Shown: positions 1 to 15,000 of the stretch, in pieces
How positions within the stretch are numbered: position 1 is the first letter of the stretch
How the letters are laid out: every line of letters begins with the position of its first letter
DNA from: Raillietiella orientalis
Taxonomy: Eukaryota
Direction of reading: 5' to 3'
DNA: 64,000 bases
NCBI GenBank assembly: GCA_036172245.1
Contig: JAYWIR010000132.1
Coordinates: forward strand, 1 to 64,000
Translations under genes and position numbers: made by a program
Notes under the pieces: model-generated
Seen by the model: only the letters and a program-made list of their open reading frames with translations
What the model was told of the DNA's origin: nothing
Database searches by the model: none

Positions 1-3000
1 GAAACATCCGTTGGCAGCCCGAGGCAATCTACCGTCATGGATCACCGCACTACCTTGCGATTTCCTGTTTTCAGAGGTGGATTAAAAAAAGTCCGACATT
101 TCATTAGGGTGGCACTTTGCACTCCGTGTTGTTTTCATGGCAACCACTTTCGGAATTGAAAAGTGAATTATTTTATTCGATCTGATTCACGGTATGGTAT
201 AAATTTACATCTTTTGCTGGTTTGTAATCAATTCGAAGTACGGAGATTTCCCCATTGCACTTTTGCACTTCTTCACGAAGCATCCGTTGGCAGCGCGAGG
301 AAATCTACCGGCATGGATCACCACACTACCTTGCGATTTCCTGCGTTTAGAGGTGGATAAAGAACAGTCCGTCATTTCATTAGGCCGGGGCACTTTGCAC
401 GCCGTGTTGTTTTCATGGCAACCACTGTCGGAATTGAAATGGGAATTATTTAATTCGATCTGATTCATGGTGTGGTACAAATTTACATCTTTTGCTGGTT
501 TGTAATGAATTCGAAGTGAGGAGATTTCACCATGCACTGTTGCGCTTTTTCGCGAAACATCCGTTGGCAGCCCGAGGCAATCTACCGTCATGGATCACCG
601 CACTACCTTGCGATTTGCTGTTTCCCGAGGTGGATTTAGAAAAGTCCGAAATTTCATCAGGGCGGAACACTTTGCACTGCGTGTTGTTTTCATGGCAAGC
701 ACTATCGGAATTAGAAAGTGAATTATTTAATTCGATCTGATTCATGGTGTGGTACAAATTTACATCTTTTGCTGGTTTGTAATCAATTCGAAGTACGGAG
801 ATTTCCCCATTGCACTTTTGCACTTCTTCACGAAGCATCCGTTGGCAGCGCGAGGAAATCTACCGGCATGGATCACCACACTACCTTGCGAATTCCTGCG
901 TTTAGAGGTGGATGAAGAACAGTCCGACATTTCATTAGGCCGGGGCACTTTGCACGCCGTGTTGTTTTCATGGCAACCACTGTCGGAATTGGAATGCGAA
1001 TTAATTATTTCGATCTGATTCATGGTGTGGTACAAATCTAAACCTTTTGCTGGTTTGTAATGAATTCGAAGTGAGGAGATTTCGGCATGCACTCTTGCGC
1101 TTTTTCACGAAACATCCGTTGGCAGCCCGAGGCAACCTACCGTCATGAATAACCGCACCACCTTGCGATTTCCTGGTTTCAGAGGTGGACTAAGAAAAGT
1201 CCGAAATTTGATTAGGGTGGGACACTTTGCACTCCGTGTTGTTTTCATGGCAACCACTATCGGAATTAGAAAGTGAATTATTTAATTCGATCTGATTCAT
1301 GGTGTGGCACAAATTTACATATTTTGCTGGTTTGTAATCAATTCGAAGTACGGAGATTTCACCATGCACTGTTGCGCTTTTTCACGAAGCATCCGTTGGC
1401 AGCGCGAGGCGATGTACCGTCATGGATCACCGCACCATCATGCGACTTCCTGGTTTCGGAGGTGGATTAAGAAAAGTCCGACATTTCATTAACGCGGGGT
1501 ACTTTGCACTCCGTATTGTTTTCATGGCAACCACTATCGGAATTAGAAAGTGAATTATTTAATTCGATCTGATTCATGGTGTGGTACAAATTTACATCTT
1601 TTGCTGGTTTGTAATCAATTCGAAGTGAGGAGATTTCACCATGCACTGTTGCGCTTTTTCACGAAGCATCCGTTGGCAGCGCGAGGCAATCTACCGTCAT
1701 GGATAACCGCACCATCATGCGATTTCCTGGTTTCAGAGGTGGATTTAGAAAAGTCCGAAATTTCATCAGGGCGGAACACTTTGCACTGCGTGTTGTTTTC
1801 ATGGCAACCACTATCGGAATTAGAAAGTGAATTATATAATTCGATCTGATTCATGGTGTGGTACAAATTTACATCTTTTGCTGGTTTGTAATGAATTCGA
1901 AGTCAGGAGATTTAACCATGCACTGTTGCGCTTTTTCGCGAAACATCCGTTGGCAGCCCGAGGCAATCTACCGTCATGAATAACCGCACCACCTTGCGAT
2001 TTGCTGGTTTCAGAGGTGGATTAAGAAAAGTCCGACATTTTAATAGGGTGGGACACTTTGCACTCCGTGTTGTTTTCATGGAAACCACTATCGGAATTAG
2101 AAAGTGAATTATTTAATTCGATCTGATTCATGGTGTGGTACAAATTTACATCTTTTGCAGGTTTGTAATCAATTCGAAGTGAGGAGATTTCACCATGCAC
2201 TGTTGCGCTTTTTCACGAAGCATCCGTTGGCAGCGCGAGGCAATCTACCGTCATGGATAACCGCATCATCATGCGATTTCCTGGTTTCAGAGGTGGATTT
2301 AGAAAAGTCCGAAATTTCATCAGGGCGGAACACTTTGCACTGCGTGTTGTTTTCATGGCAACCACTATCGGAATTAGAAAGTGATTTATTTAATTCGATC
2401 TGATTCATGGTGTGGTACAAATTTACATCTTTTGCTGGTTTGTAATGAATTCGAAGTGAGGAGATTTGACTATGCACTGTTGCGCTTTTTCGCGAAACAT
2501 CCGTTGGCAGCCCGAGGCAATCTACCGTCATGGATAACCGCACCACCTTGCGATTTGCTGGTTTCAGAGGTGGATTAAGAAAAGTCCGACATTTTAATAG
2601 GGTGGGACACTTTGCACTCCGTGTTGTTTTCATGGAAACCACTATCGGAATTAGAAAGTGAATTATTTAATTCGATCTGATTCATGGTGTGGTACAAATT
2701 TACATCTTTTGCTGGTTTGTAATCATTTCGAAGTGAGGAGATTTCACCATGCACTGTTGCACTTTTTCACGAAGCATCCGTTGGTAGCGCGAGGCAATCT
2801 ACCGTTATGGATAACCGCACCATCATGCGATTTCCTGGTTTCAGACGTGGATTTAGAAGAGTCCGAAATTTCATCAGGGCGGAACACTTTGCACTGCGTG
2901 TTGTTTTCATGGCAACCACTATCGGAATTAGAAAGTGAATTATTTAATTCGATCTGATTCATGGTGTGGTACAAATTTACATCTTTTGCTGGTTTGTAAT

Positions 3001-6000
3001 GAATTCGTAGTCAGGAGATTTCACCATGCACTGTTGCGCTTTTTCGCGAAACATCCGTTGGCAGCCCGAGGCAATCTACCGTCATGGATCACCGCACTAC
3101 CTTGCGATTTGCTGTTTCCCGAGGTGGATTTAGAAAAGTCCGAAATTTCATCAGGGCGGAACACTTTGCACTGCGTGTTCTTTTCATGGCAACCACTATC
3201 GGAATTAGAAAGTGATTTATTTAATTCGATCTGATTCATGGTGTGGCACAAATTTACATCTTTTGCTGGTTTGTAATCAATTCGAAGTGAGGAGATTTCA
3301 CCATGCACTGTTGCACTTTTTCACGATGCATCCGTTGGCAGCGCGAGGCAATCTACCGTCATGGATAACCGCACCATCATGCGATTTCCTGGTTTCAGAG
3401 GTGGATTTAGAAAAGTCCGAAATTTCATCAGGGCGGAACACTTTGCACTGCGTGTTGTTTTCATGGCAAGCACTATCGGAATTAGAAAGTGAATTATTTA
3501 ATTCGATCTGATTCATGGTGTGGTACAAATTTACATCTTTTGCTGGTTTTTAATGAATTCGAAGTGAGGAGATTTCACCATGCACTGTTGCGCTTTTTCG
3601 CGAAACATCCGTTGGCAGCCCGAGGCAATCTACCGTCATGGATCACCGCACTACCTTGCGATTTGCTGTTTTCCGAGGTGTATTAAAAAAAGTCCGACAT
3701 TTCATTAAGGCGAGGCACTTTGCACTCCGTATTGTTCTCATGGCAACCACTTTCGGAATTGAAAAGTGAATTATTTTTTTCGATCTGATTCACGGTGTGG
3801 CACAAATTTACATCTTTTGCTGGTTTGTAATCAATTCGAAGTACGCAGATTTCACCATGCACTGTTGCGCTTTTTCACGAAGCATCCGTTGGCAGCGCGA
3901 GGCGATCTACCGTCATGGATCACCGCACCATCATGCGATTTCCTGGTTTCAGAGGTGGATTAAGAAAAGTCCGACATTTCATTAGGGCGGGGCACTTTGC
4001 ACTCCGTGTTGTTTTCATGGCAACCACTATCGGAATTAGAAAGTGAATTATTTAATTCGATCTGATTCATGGTGTGGTACAAATTTACATCTTTTGCTGG
4101 TTTGTAATGAATTCGAAGTGAGGAGATTTCACCATGCACTGTTGCGCTTTTTCACGAAGCATCCGTTGGCAGCGCGAGGCAATCTACCGTCATGGATAAC
4201 CGCACCATCATGCGATTTCCTGGTTTCAGAGGTGGATTTAGAAAAGTCCGAAATTTCATCAGGGCGGAACACTTTGCACTGCGTGTTGTTTTCATGGCAA
4301 CCACTATCGGAATTAGAAAGTGAATTATATAATTCGATCTGATTCATGGTGTGGTACAAATTTACATCTTTTGCTGGTTTGTAATGAATTCGAAGTCAGG
4401 AGATTTAACCATGCACTGTTGCGCTTTTTCGCGAAACATCCGTTGGCAGCCCGAGGCAATCTACCGTCATGAATAACCGCACCACCTTGCGATTTGCTGG
4501 TTTCAGAGGTGGATTAAGAAAAGTCCGACATTTTAATAGGGTGGGACACTTTGCACTCCGTGTTGTTTTCATGGAAACCACTATCGGAATTAGAAAGTGA
4601 ATTATTTAATTCGATCTGATTCATGGTGTGGTACAAATTTACATCTTTTGCAGGTTTGTAATCAATTCGAAGTGAGGAGATTTCACCATGCACTGTTGCG
4701 CTTTTTCACGAAGCATCCGTTGGCAGCGCGAGGCAATCTACCGTCATGGATAACCGCATCATCATGCGATTTCCTGGTTTCAGAGGTGGATTTAGAAAAG
4801 TCCGAAATTTCATCAGGGCGGAACACTTTGCACTGCGTGTTGTTTTCATGACAACCACTATCGTAATTAGAAAGTGATTTATTTAATTCGATCTGATTCA
4901 TGGTGTGGTACAAATTTACATCTTTTGCTGGTTTGTAATGAATTCGAAGTGAGGAGATTTGACTATGCACTGTTGCGCTTTTTCGCGAAACATCCGTTGG
5001 CAGCCCGAGGCAATCTACCGTCATGGATAACCGCACCACCTTGCGATTTGCTGGTTTCAGAGGTGGATTAAGAAAAGTCCGACATTTTAATAGGGTGGGA
5101 CACTTTGCACTCCGTGTTGTTTTCATGGAAACCACTATCGGAATTAGAAAGTGAATTATTTAATTCGATCTGATTCATGGTGTGGTACAAATTTACATCT
5201 TTTGCAGGTTTGTAATCAATTCGAAGTGAGGAGATTTCACCAAGCACTGTTGCGCTTTTTCCCGAAGCATCCGTTGGCAGCGCGAGGCAATCTACCGTCA
5301 TGGATAACCGCACCATCATGCGATTTCCTGGTTTCAGAGGTGGATTTAGAAAAGTCCGAAATTTCATCAGGGCGGAACACTTTGCACTGCGTGTTGTTTT
5401 CATGGCAACCACTATCGGAATTAGAAAGTGATTTATTTAATTCGATCTGATTCATGGTGTGGTACAAATTTACATCTTTTGCTGGTTTGTAATGAATTCG
5501 AAGTGAGGAGATTTGACCATGCACTGTTGCGCTTTTTCGCGAAACATCCGTTGGCAGCCCGAGGCAATCTACCGTCATGGATAACCGCATCATCATGCGA
5601 TTTCCTGGTTTCAGAGGTGGATTTAGAAAAGTCCGAAATTTCATCAGGGCGGAACACTTTGCACTGCGTGTTGTTTTCATGACAACCACTATCGGAATTA
5701 GAAAGTGATTTATTTAATTCGATCTGATTCATGGTGTGGTACAAATTTACATCTTTTGCTGGTTTGTAATGAATTCGAAGTGAGAAGATTTGACTATGCA
5801 CTGTTGCGCTTTTTCGCGAAACATCCGTTGGCAGCCCGAGGCAATCTACCGTCATGGATAACCGCACCACCTTGCGATTTGCTGGTTTCAGAGGTGGATT
5901 TAGAAAAGTCCGAAATTTCATCAGGGCGGAACACTTTGCACTGCGTGTTGTTTTCATGGCAACCACTATCGGAATTAGAAAGTGAATTATTTAATTCGAT

Positions 6001-9000
6001 CTGATACACGGTATGGTATAAATTTCCATCTTTTGCTGGTTTGTAATCAATTCGAAATGAGGAGATTTCACCATGCTCTGTTGCGCTTTTTCACGAAACA
6101 TCCGTTGGTAGCCCGAGGCAATCTACCTTCATGAATAACCGCACCACATTGCGATTTCCTGGTTTCAGAGGTGGATTAAGAAAAGTCCGACATTTGATTA
6201 GGGTGGGACACTTTGCACTCCGTGTTGTTTTCATGGCAACCAATATCGGAATTAGAAAGTGAATTATTTAATTCGATCTGATTCTTGGTGTGGCACAAAT
6301 TTACATCTTTTGCTGGTTTGTAATCAATTCGAAGTGAGGAGATTTCACCATGCTCTGTTGCGCTTTTTCACGAAACATCCGTTGGTAGCCCGAGGCAATC
6401 TACCTTCATGAATAACCGCACCACCTTGCGATTTCCTGGTTTCAGAGGTGGATTAAGAAAAGTCCGACATTTCATTACGGCGGGGTGCTTTGAACTCCGT
6501 GTTGTTTTGATGGCAACCACTATCGGAATTAGAAAGCGAATTATTTAATTCGATCTGATTAATTTTATGGTACAAATTTACATCTTATGCTGGTTTGTAA
6601 TCAATTCGAAGTACGGAGATTTCACCATGCACTGTTGCGCTTTTTCACGAAGCATCCGTTGGCAGCGCGAGTCAATCTACCGTCATGGATAACCGCATCA
6701 TCATGCGATTTCCTGGTTTCAGAGGTGGATTTAGAAAAGTCCGAAATTTCATCAGGGCGGAACACTTTGCACTGCGTGTTGTTTTCATGACAACCACTAT
6801 CGTAATTAGAAAGTGATTTATTTAATTCGATCTGATTCATGGTGTGGTACAAATTTACATCTTTTGCTGGTTTGTAATGAATTCGAAGTGAGGAGATTTG
6901 ACTATGCACTGTTGCGCTTTTTCGCGAAACATCCGTTGGCAGCCCGAGGCAATCTACCGTCATGGATAACCGCACCACCTTGCGATTTGCTGGTTTCAGA
7001 GGTGGATTAAGAAAAGTCCGACATTTTAATAGGGTGGGACACTTTGCACTCCGTGTTGTTTTCATGGAAACCACTATCGGAATTAGAAAGTGAATTATTT
7101 AATTCGATCTGATTCATGGTGTGGTACAAATTTACATCTTTTGCAGGTTTGTAATCAATTCGAAGTGAGGAGATTTCACCATGCACTGTTGCGCTTTTTC
7201 ACGAAGCATCCGTTGGCAGCGCGAGGCAATCTACCGTCATGGATAACCGCAGCATCATGCGATTTCCTTTTTTCAGAGGTGGATTTAGAAAAGTCCGAAA
7301 TTTCATCAGGGCGGAACACTTTGCACTGCGTGTTGTTTTCATGACAACCACTATCGGAATTAGAAAGTGATTTATTTAATTCGATCTGATTCATGGTGTG
7401 GTACAAATTTACATCTTTTGCTGGTTTGTAATGAATTCGAAGTGAGGAGATTTGACTATGCACTGTTGCGCTTTTTCGCGAAACATCCGTTGGCAGCCCG
7501 AGGCAATCTACCGTCATGGATAACCGCACCACCTTGCGATTTGCTGGTTTCAGAGGTGGATTAAGAAAAGTCCGACATTTTAATAGGGTGGGACACTTTG
7601 CACTCCGTGTTGTTTTCATGGAAACCACTATCGGAATTAGAAAGTGAATTATTTAATTCGATCTGATTCATGGTGTGGTACAAATTTACATCTTTTGCAG
7701 GTTTGTAATCAATTCGAAGTGAGGAGATTTCACCATGCACTGTTGCGCTTTTTCACGAAGCATCCGTTGGCAGCGCGAGGCAATCTACCGTCATGGATAA
7801 CCGCACCATCATGCGATTTCCTGGTTTCAGAGGTGGATTTAGAAAAGTCCGAAATTTCATCAGGGCGGAACACTTTGCACTGCGTGTTGTTTTCATGGCA
7901 ACCACTATCGGAATTAGAAAGTGATTTATTTAATTCGATCTGATTCATGGTGTGGTACAAATTTACATCTTTTGCTGGTTTGTAATGAATTCGAAGTGAG
8001 GAGATTTGACCATGCACTGTTGCGCTTTTTCGCGAAACATCCGTTGGCAGCCCGAGGCAATCTACCGTCATGGATAACCGCACCATCATGCGATTTCCTG
8101 GTTTCAGAGGTGGATTTAGAAAAGTCCGAAATTTCATCAGGGCGGAACACTTTGCACTGCGTGTTGTTTTCATGACAACCACTATCGGAATTAGAAAGTG
8201 ATTTATTTAATTCGATCTGATTCATGGTGTGGTACAAATTTACATCTTTTGCTGGTTTGTAATGAATTCGAAGTGAGAAGATTTGACTATGCACTGTTGC
8301 GCTTTTTCGCGAAACATCCGTTGGCAGCCCGAGGCAATCTACCGTCATGGATAACCGCACCACCTTGCGATTTGCTGGTTTCAGAGGTGGATTTAGAAAA
8401 GTCCGAAATTTCATCAGGGCGGAACACTTTGCACTGCGTGTTGTTTTCATGGCAACCACTATCGGAATTAGAAAGTGAATTATTTAATTCGATCTGATAC
8501 ACGGTATGGTATAAATTTCCATCTTTTGCTGGTTTGTAATCAATTCGAAATGAGGAGATTTCACCATGCTCTGTTGCGCTTTTTCACGAAACATCCGTTG
8601 GTAGCCCGAGGCAATCTACCTTCATGAATAACCGCACCACATTGCGATTTCCTGGTTTCAGAGGTGGATTAAGAAAAGTCCGACATTTGATTAGGGTGGG
8701 ACACTTTGCACTCCGTGTTGTTTTCATGGCAACCAATATCGGAATTAGAAAGTGAATTATTTAATTCGATCTGATTCTTGGTGTGGCACAAATTTACATC
8801 TTTTGCTGGTTTGTAATCAATTCGAAGTGAGGAGATTTCACCATGCTCTGTTGCGCTTTTTCACGAAACATCCGTTGGTAGCCCGAGGCAATCTACCTTC
8901 ATGAATAACCGCACCACCTTGCGATTTCCTGGTTTCAGAGGTGGATTAAGAAAAGTCCGACATTTCATTACGGCGGGGTGCTTTGAACTCCGTGTTGTTT

Positions 9001-12000
9001 TGATGGCAACCACTATCGGAATTAGAAAGCGAATTATTTAATTCGATCTGATTAATTTTATGGTACAAATTTACATCTTATGCTGGTTTGTAATCAATTC
9101 GAAGTACGGAGATTTCACCATGCACTGTTGCGCTTTTTCACGAAGCATCCGTTGGCAGCGCGAGGCAATCTACCGTCATGGATAACCGCATCATCATGCG
9201 ATTTCCTGGTTTCAGAGGTGGATTTAGAAAAGTCCGAAATTTCATCAGGGCGGAACACTTTGCACTGCGTGTTGTTTTCATGACAACCACTATCGGAATT
9301 AGAAAGTGATTTATTTAATTCGATCTGATTCATGGTGTGGTACAAATTTACATCTTTTGCTGGTTTGTAATGAATTCGAAGTGAGGAGATTTGACTATGC
9401 ACTGTTGCGCTTTTTCGCGAAACATCCGTTGGCAGCCCGAGGCAATCTACCGTCATGGATAACCGCACCACCTTGCGATTTGCTGGTTTCAGAGGTGGAT
9501 TAAGAAAAGTCCGACATTTTAATAGGGTGGGACACTTTGCACTCCGTGTTGTTTTCATGGAAACCACTATCGGAATTAGAAAGTGAATTATTTAATTCGA
9601 TCTGATTCATGGTGTGGTACAAATTTACATCTTTTGCAGGTTTGTAATCAATTCGAAGTGAGGAGATTTCACCATGCACTGTTGCGCTTTTTCACGAAGC
9701 ATCCGTTGGCAGCGCGAGGCAATCTACCGTCATGGATAACCGCAGCATCATGCGATTTCCTTTTTTCAGAGGTGGATTTAGAAAAGTCCGAAATTTCATC
9801 AGGGCGGAACACTTTGCACTGCGTGTTGTTTTCATGACAACCACTATCGGAATTAGAAAGTGATTTATTTAATTCGATCTGATTCATGGTGTGGTACAAA
9901 TTTACATCTTTTGCTGGTTTGTAATGAATTCGAAGTGAGGAGATTTGACTATGCACTGTTGCGCTTTTTCGCGAAACATCCGTTGGCAGCCCGAGGCAAT
10001 CTACCGTCATGGATAACCGCACCACCTTGCGATTTGCTGGTTTCAGAGGTGGATTAAGAAAAGTCCGACATTTTAATAGGGTGGGACACTTTGCACTCCG
10101 TGTTGTTTTCATGGAAACCACTATCGGAATTAGAAAGTGAATTATTTAATTCGATCTGATTCATGGTGTGGTACAAATTTACATCTTTTGCTGGTTTGTA
10201 ATCAATTCGAAGTGAGGAGATTTCACCAAGCACTGTTGCGCTTTTTCACGAAACATCCGTTGGCAGCGCGAGGCAATCTACCGTCATGGATAACCGCACC
10301 ATCATGCGATTTCCTGGTTTCAGAGGTGGATTTAGAAAAGTCCGAAATTTCATCGGGCGGAACACTTTGCACTGCGTGTTGTTTTCATGGCAACCACTAT
10401 CGGAATTAGAAAGTGATTTATTTAATTCGATCTGATTCATGGTGTGGTACAAATTTACATCTTTTGCTGGTTTGTAATGAATTCGAAGTGAGGAGATTTG
10501 ACCATGCACTGTTGCGCTTTTTCGCGAAACATCCGTTGGCAGCCCGAGGCAATCTACCGTCATGGATAACCGCACCATCATGCGATTTCCTGGTTTCAGA
10601 GGTGGATTTAGAAAAGTCCGAAATTTCATCAGGGCGGAACACTTTGCACTGCGTGTTGTTTTCATGGCAACCACTATCGGAATTAGAAAGTGAATTATTT
10701 AATTCGATCTGATACACGGTATGGTATAAATTTCCATCTTTTGCTGGTTTGTAATCAATTCGAAATGAGGAGATTTCACCATGCACTGTTGCGCTTTTTC
10801 ACGAAACATACGTTGGTAGCCCGAGGCAATCTACCTTCATGAATAACCGCACCACATTGCGATTTCCTGGTTTCAGAGGTGGATTAAGAAAAGTCCGACA
10901 TTTGATTAGGGTGGGACACTTTGCACTCCGTGTTGTTTTCATGGCAACCACTATCGGAATTAGAAAGCGAATTATTTAATTCGATCTGATTCTTGGTGTG
11001 GCACAAATTTACATCTTTTGCTGGTTTGTAATCAATTCGAAGTGAGGAGATTTCACCATGCTCTGTTGCGCTTTTTCACGAAACATCCGTTGGTAGCCCG
11101 AGGCAATCTACCTTCATGAATAACCGCACCACCTTGCGATTTCCTGGTTTCAGAGGTGGATTAAGAAAAGTCCGACATTTCATTACGGCGGGGTGCTTTG
11201 AACTCCGTGTTGTTTTGATGGCAACCACTATCGGAATTAGAAAGCGAATTATTTAATTCGATCTGATTAATTTTATGGTACAAATTTACATCTTATGCTG
11301 GTTTGTAATCAATTCGAAGTACGGAGATTTCACCATGCACTGTTGCGCTTTTTCACGAAACATACGTTGGCTGTGCGAGGCAATCTACCGTCATGGATAA
11401 CCGCACAACCTTCCGATTTCCGGGTTTCAGAGGTGGATTAAGATAAGTCCTACATTTGATTTGGGTGGGATACTTTGCACTCCGTATTGTTCTCATGGCT
11501 ACCACAGTCGGAATTAGAAAGTGAATTATTCAATTCGATCTGATTCATGGTGTGGTACAAATTTACATCTTACGCTGGTTTGTAATCAATTCGAAGTACG
11601 GAGATTTCACCATGCACTGTTGCGCTTTTTCACGAAGCATCCGTTGGCAGCGCGAGGCGATCTACCGTCATGGATCACCACACTACCTTGCGATTTCCTG
11701 CGTTTAGAGGTTGATGAAGAACAGTCCGACATTTCATTAGGGCGGGGCACTTTGCACGCCGTGTTGTTTTCATGGCAACCACTGTCGGAATTGAAATGCC
11801 AATTATTCAATTCGATCTGATTGACGGTATGGTATAAATTTCCATCTTTTGCTGGTTTGTAATCAATTCGTAGTACGGAGATTTCACCATTGCACTGTTG
11901 CGCTTTTTCACGAAACATACGTTGGCAGTGCAAGGCAATCTACCGTCATGGATAACCGCACAAACTTCCGATTTCCTGGTTTCAGAGGTGGATTAAGAGA

Positions 12001-15000
12001 AGTCCGACATTTGATTTGGGTGGGACACTTTGCTCTCCGTATTGTTTTCATGTCAACCACTATCGGAATTAGAAAGTGAATTATTTAATTCGATCTGATT
12101 CATGCGGTGGTACAAATTTACATCTTTTGCTGGTTTGTAATCAATTCGAAGTGAGGAGATTTCACCATGCACTGTTGCGCTTTTTCACGAAGCATCAGTT
12201 GGCAGCGCGAGGCAATCTACCGTCATGGATAACCGCACCATCATGCGATTCCCTGGTTTCAGAAGTGGATTTAGAAAAGTCCAAAATTTCATCAGGGCGG
12301 AACACTTTGCACTGCGTGTTGTTTTCATGGCAACCACTATCGGAATCAGAAAGTGAATTATTTAATTCGATCTGATTCATGGTGTGGCACAAATTTACAT
12401 CTTTTGCTGGTTTGTAATCAATTCGAAGTACGGAGATTTCACCATGCACTGTTGCGCTTTTTCACGAAGCATCCGTTGGCTGCGCGAGGCGATCTACCGT
12501 CATGGATCACCGCACCATCATGCGTCTTCCTGGCTTCGGAGGTGGATTAAGAAAAGTCCGACATTTCATTAACGCGGGGTACTTTGCACTCCGTATTGTT
12601 TTCATGGCAACCACTATCGGAATTAGAAAGTGAATTATTTAATTCGATCTGATTCATGGTGTGGTACAAATCTACATCTTTTGCTGGTTTCTAATCAATT
12701 CGAAATGAGGAGATTTCACCATGCACTGTTGCACTTTTTCACGAAGCATCCGATGGCAGCGCGAGGCAATCTACCGTCATGGATAACCGCACCATCATGC
12801 GATTTCCTGGTTTCAGAGGTGGATTTGGAAAAGTCCGAAATTTCATCAGGGCGGAACACTTTGCACGGCGTGTTGTTTTCATGGCAACCACTATCGGAAT
12901 TAGAAAGTGATTTATTTAATTAGATATGATTCACGGTATGATATAAATTTACATCTTTTGCTGGTTTGTAATCAATCCGAAGTACGGGGATTTCCCCATT
13001 GCACTTTTGCACTTCTTCACGAAGCATCCGTTGGCAGCGCGAGGAAATCTACCGGCATGGATCACCACACTACCTTGCGATTTCCTGCGTTTAGAGGTGG
13101 ATGAAGAACAGTCCGACATTTCATTAGGCCGGGGCACTTTGCACGCCGTGTTGTATTCATGGCAGCCACTGTCGGAATTGAAATGCGAATTATTTAATAT
13201 TATGTGATTCATGGTGTGGTACAAATTTACATCTTTTGCTGGTTTGTAATCAATTCCAAGTGAGGAGATTTCACCATGCACTGTTGCACTTTTTCACGAA
13301 GCATCCGTTGGCAGCGCGAGGCAATCTACCGTCATGGATAACCGAACCATCATGCAATTTCCTGGTTTCAGAGGTGGATTTAGAAAAGTCCGAAATTTCA
13401 TCAGGGCGGAACACTTTGCACTGCGTGTTGTTTTCATGGCAACCACTATCGAAATTAGAAAGTGAATTATTTAATTCGATCTGATTCATGGTGTGGTACA
13501 AATTTACATCTTTTGCTGGTTTGTAATCAATTCGAAGTACGGAGATTTGACCATGCACTGTTGCGCTTTTTCACGAAGCATCCGTTAGCAGCGCGAGGCG
13601 ATCTACCGTCATGGATCACCACACCATCATGCGACTTCCTGGTTTCGGAGGTGGATTAAGAAAAGTCCGACATTTCATTAACGCGGGGTACTTTGCACTG
13701 CGTATTGTTTTCATGGCAACCACTATCGGAATTAGAAAGTGAATTATTTAATTCGATCTGATTCATGGTGTGGTACAAATTTACATCTTTTGCTGGTTTG
13801 TAATCAATTCGAAGTGAGGAGATTACACCATGCACTGTTGCAGTTTTTCACGAAGCATCCGATGGCAGCGCGAGGCAATCTACCGTCATGGATAACCGCA
13901 CCATTATGCGATTTCCCGGTTTCAGAGGTGGATTTAGAAAAGTCCGAAATTTCATCAGGGCGGAACACTTTGCACTGCGTGTTGTTTTCATGGCAACCAC
14001 TATCGGAATTAGAAAGTGATTTATTTAATTCGATCTGATTCACGGTATGCTATAAATTTACATCTTTTGCTGGTTTGTAATCAATTCGAAGTACGGAGAT
14101 TTCCCCATTGCACTTTTGCACTTCTTCACGAAGCATCCGTTGGCAGCGCGAGGAAATCTACCGGCATGGATCACCACACTACCTTGCGATTTCCTGCGTT
14201 TAGAGGTGGATGAAGAACAGTCCGACATTTCATTAGGCCGGGGCACTTTGCATGCCGTGTTGTTTTCATGGCAACCACTGTCGGAATTGAAATGCGAATT
14301 ATTTAATATTATCTGATTCATGGTGTGGTACAAATTTACATCTTTTGCTGGTTTGTAATCAATTCCAAGTGAGGAGATTTCACCATGCACTGTTGCACTT
14401 TTTCACGAAGCATCCGTTGGCAGCGCGAGGCAATCTACCGTCATGGATAACCGAACCATCATGCAATTTCCTGGTTTCAGAGGTGGATTTAGAAAAGTCC
14501 GAAATTTCATCAGGGCGGAACACTTTGCACTGCGTGTTGTTTTCATGGCAACCACTATCGAAATTAGAAAGTGAATTATTTAATTCGATCTGATTCATGG
14601 TGTGGTACAAATTTACATCTTTTGCTGGTTTGTCATGAATTCGAAGTGAGGAGATTTCACCATGCACTGTTGCGCTTTTTCGCGAAACATCCGTTGGCAG
14701 CCGGAGGCAATCTACCGTCATGGATCACCGCACTACCTTGCGATTTCCTGTTTTCCGAGGTGTATTAAAAAAAGTCCGACATTTCATTAGGGCGAGGCAC
14801 TTTGCACTCCGTGTTATTGTCATGACAACCACTTTCGGAATTGAAAAGTGAATTATTTTATTCGATCTGATTCACGGTATGCTATAAATTTACATCTTTT
14901 GCTGGTTTGTAATCAATTCGAAGTACGGAGATTTCCCCATTGCACTTTTGCACTTCTTCACGAAGCATCCGTTGGCAGCGCGAGGAAATCTACCGGCATG

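Noticed and set aside
1667..1684. CENP-B-box-like ATCCGTTGGCAGCGCGA in each monomer
   Set aside because: It matches only about 6 of the 9 essential positions of TTCG....A..CGGG, which is insufficient.
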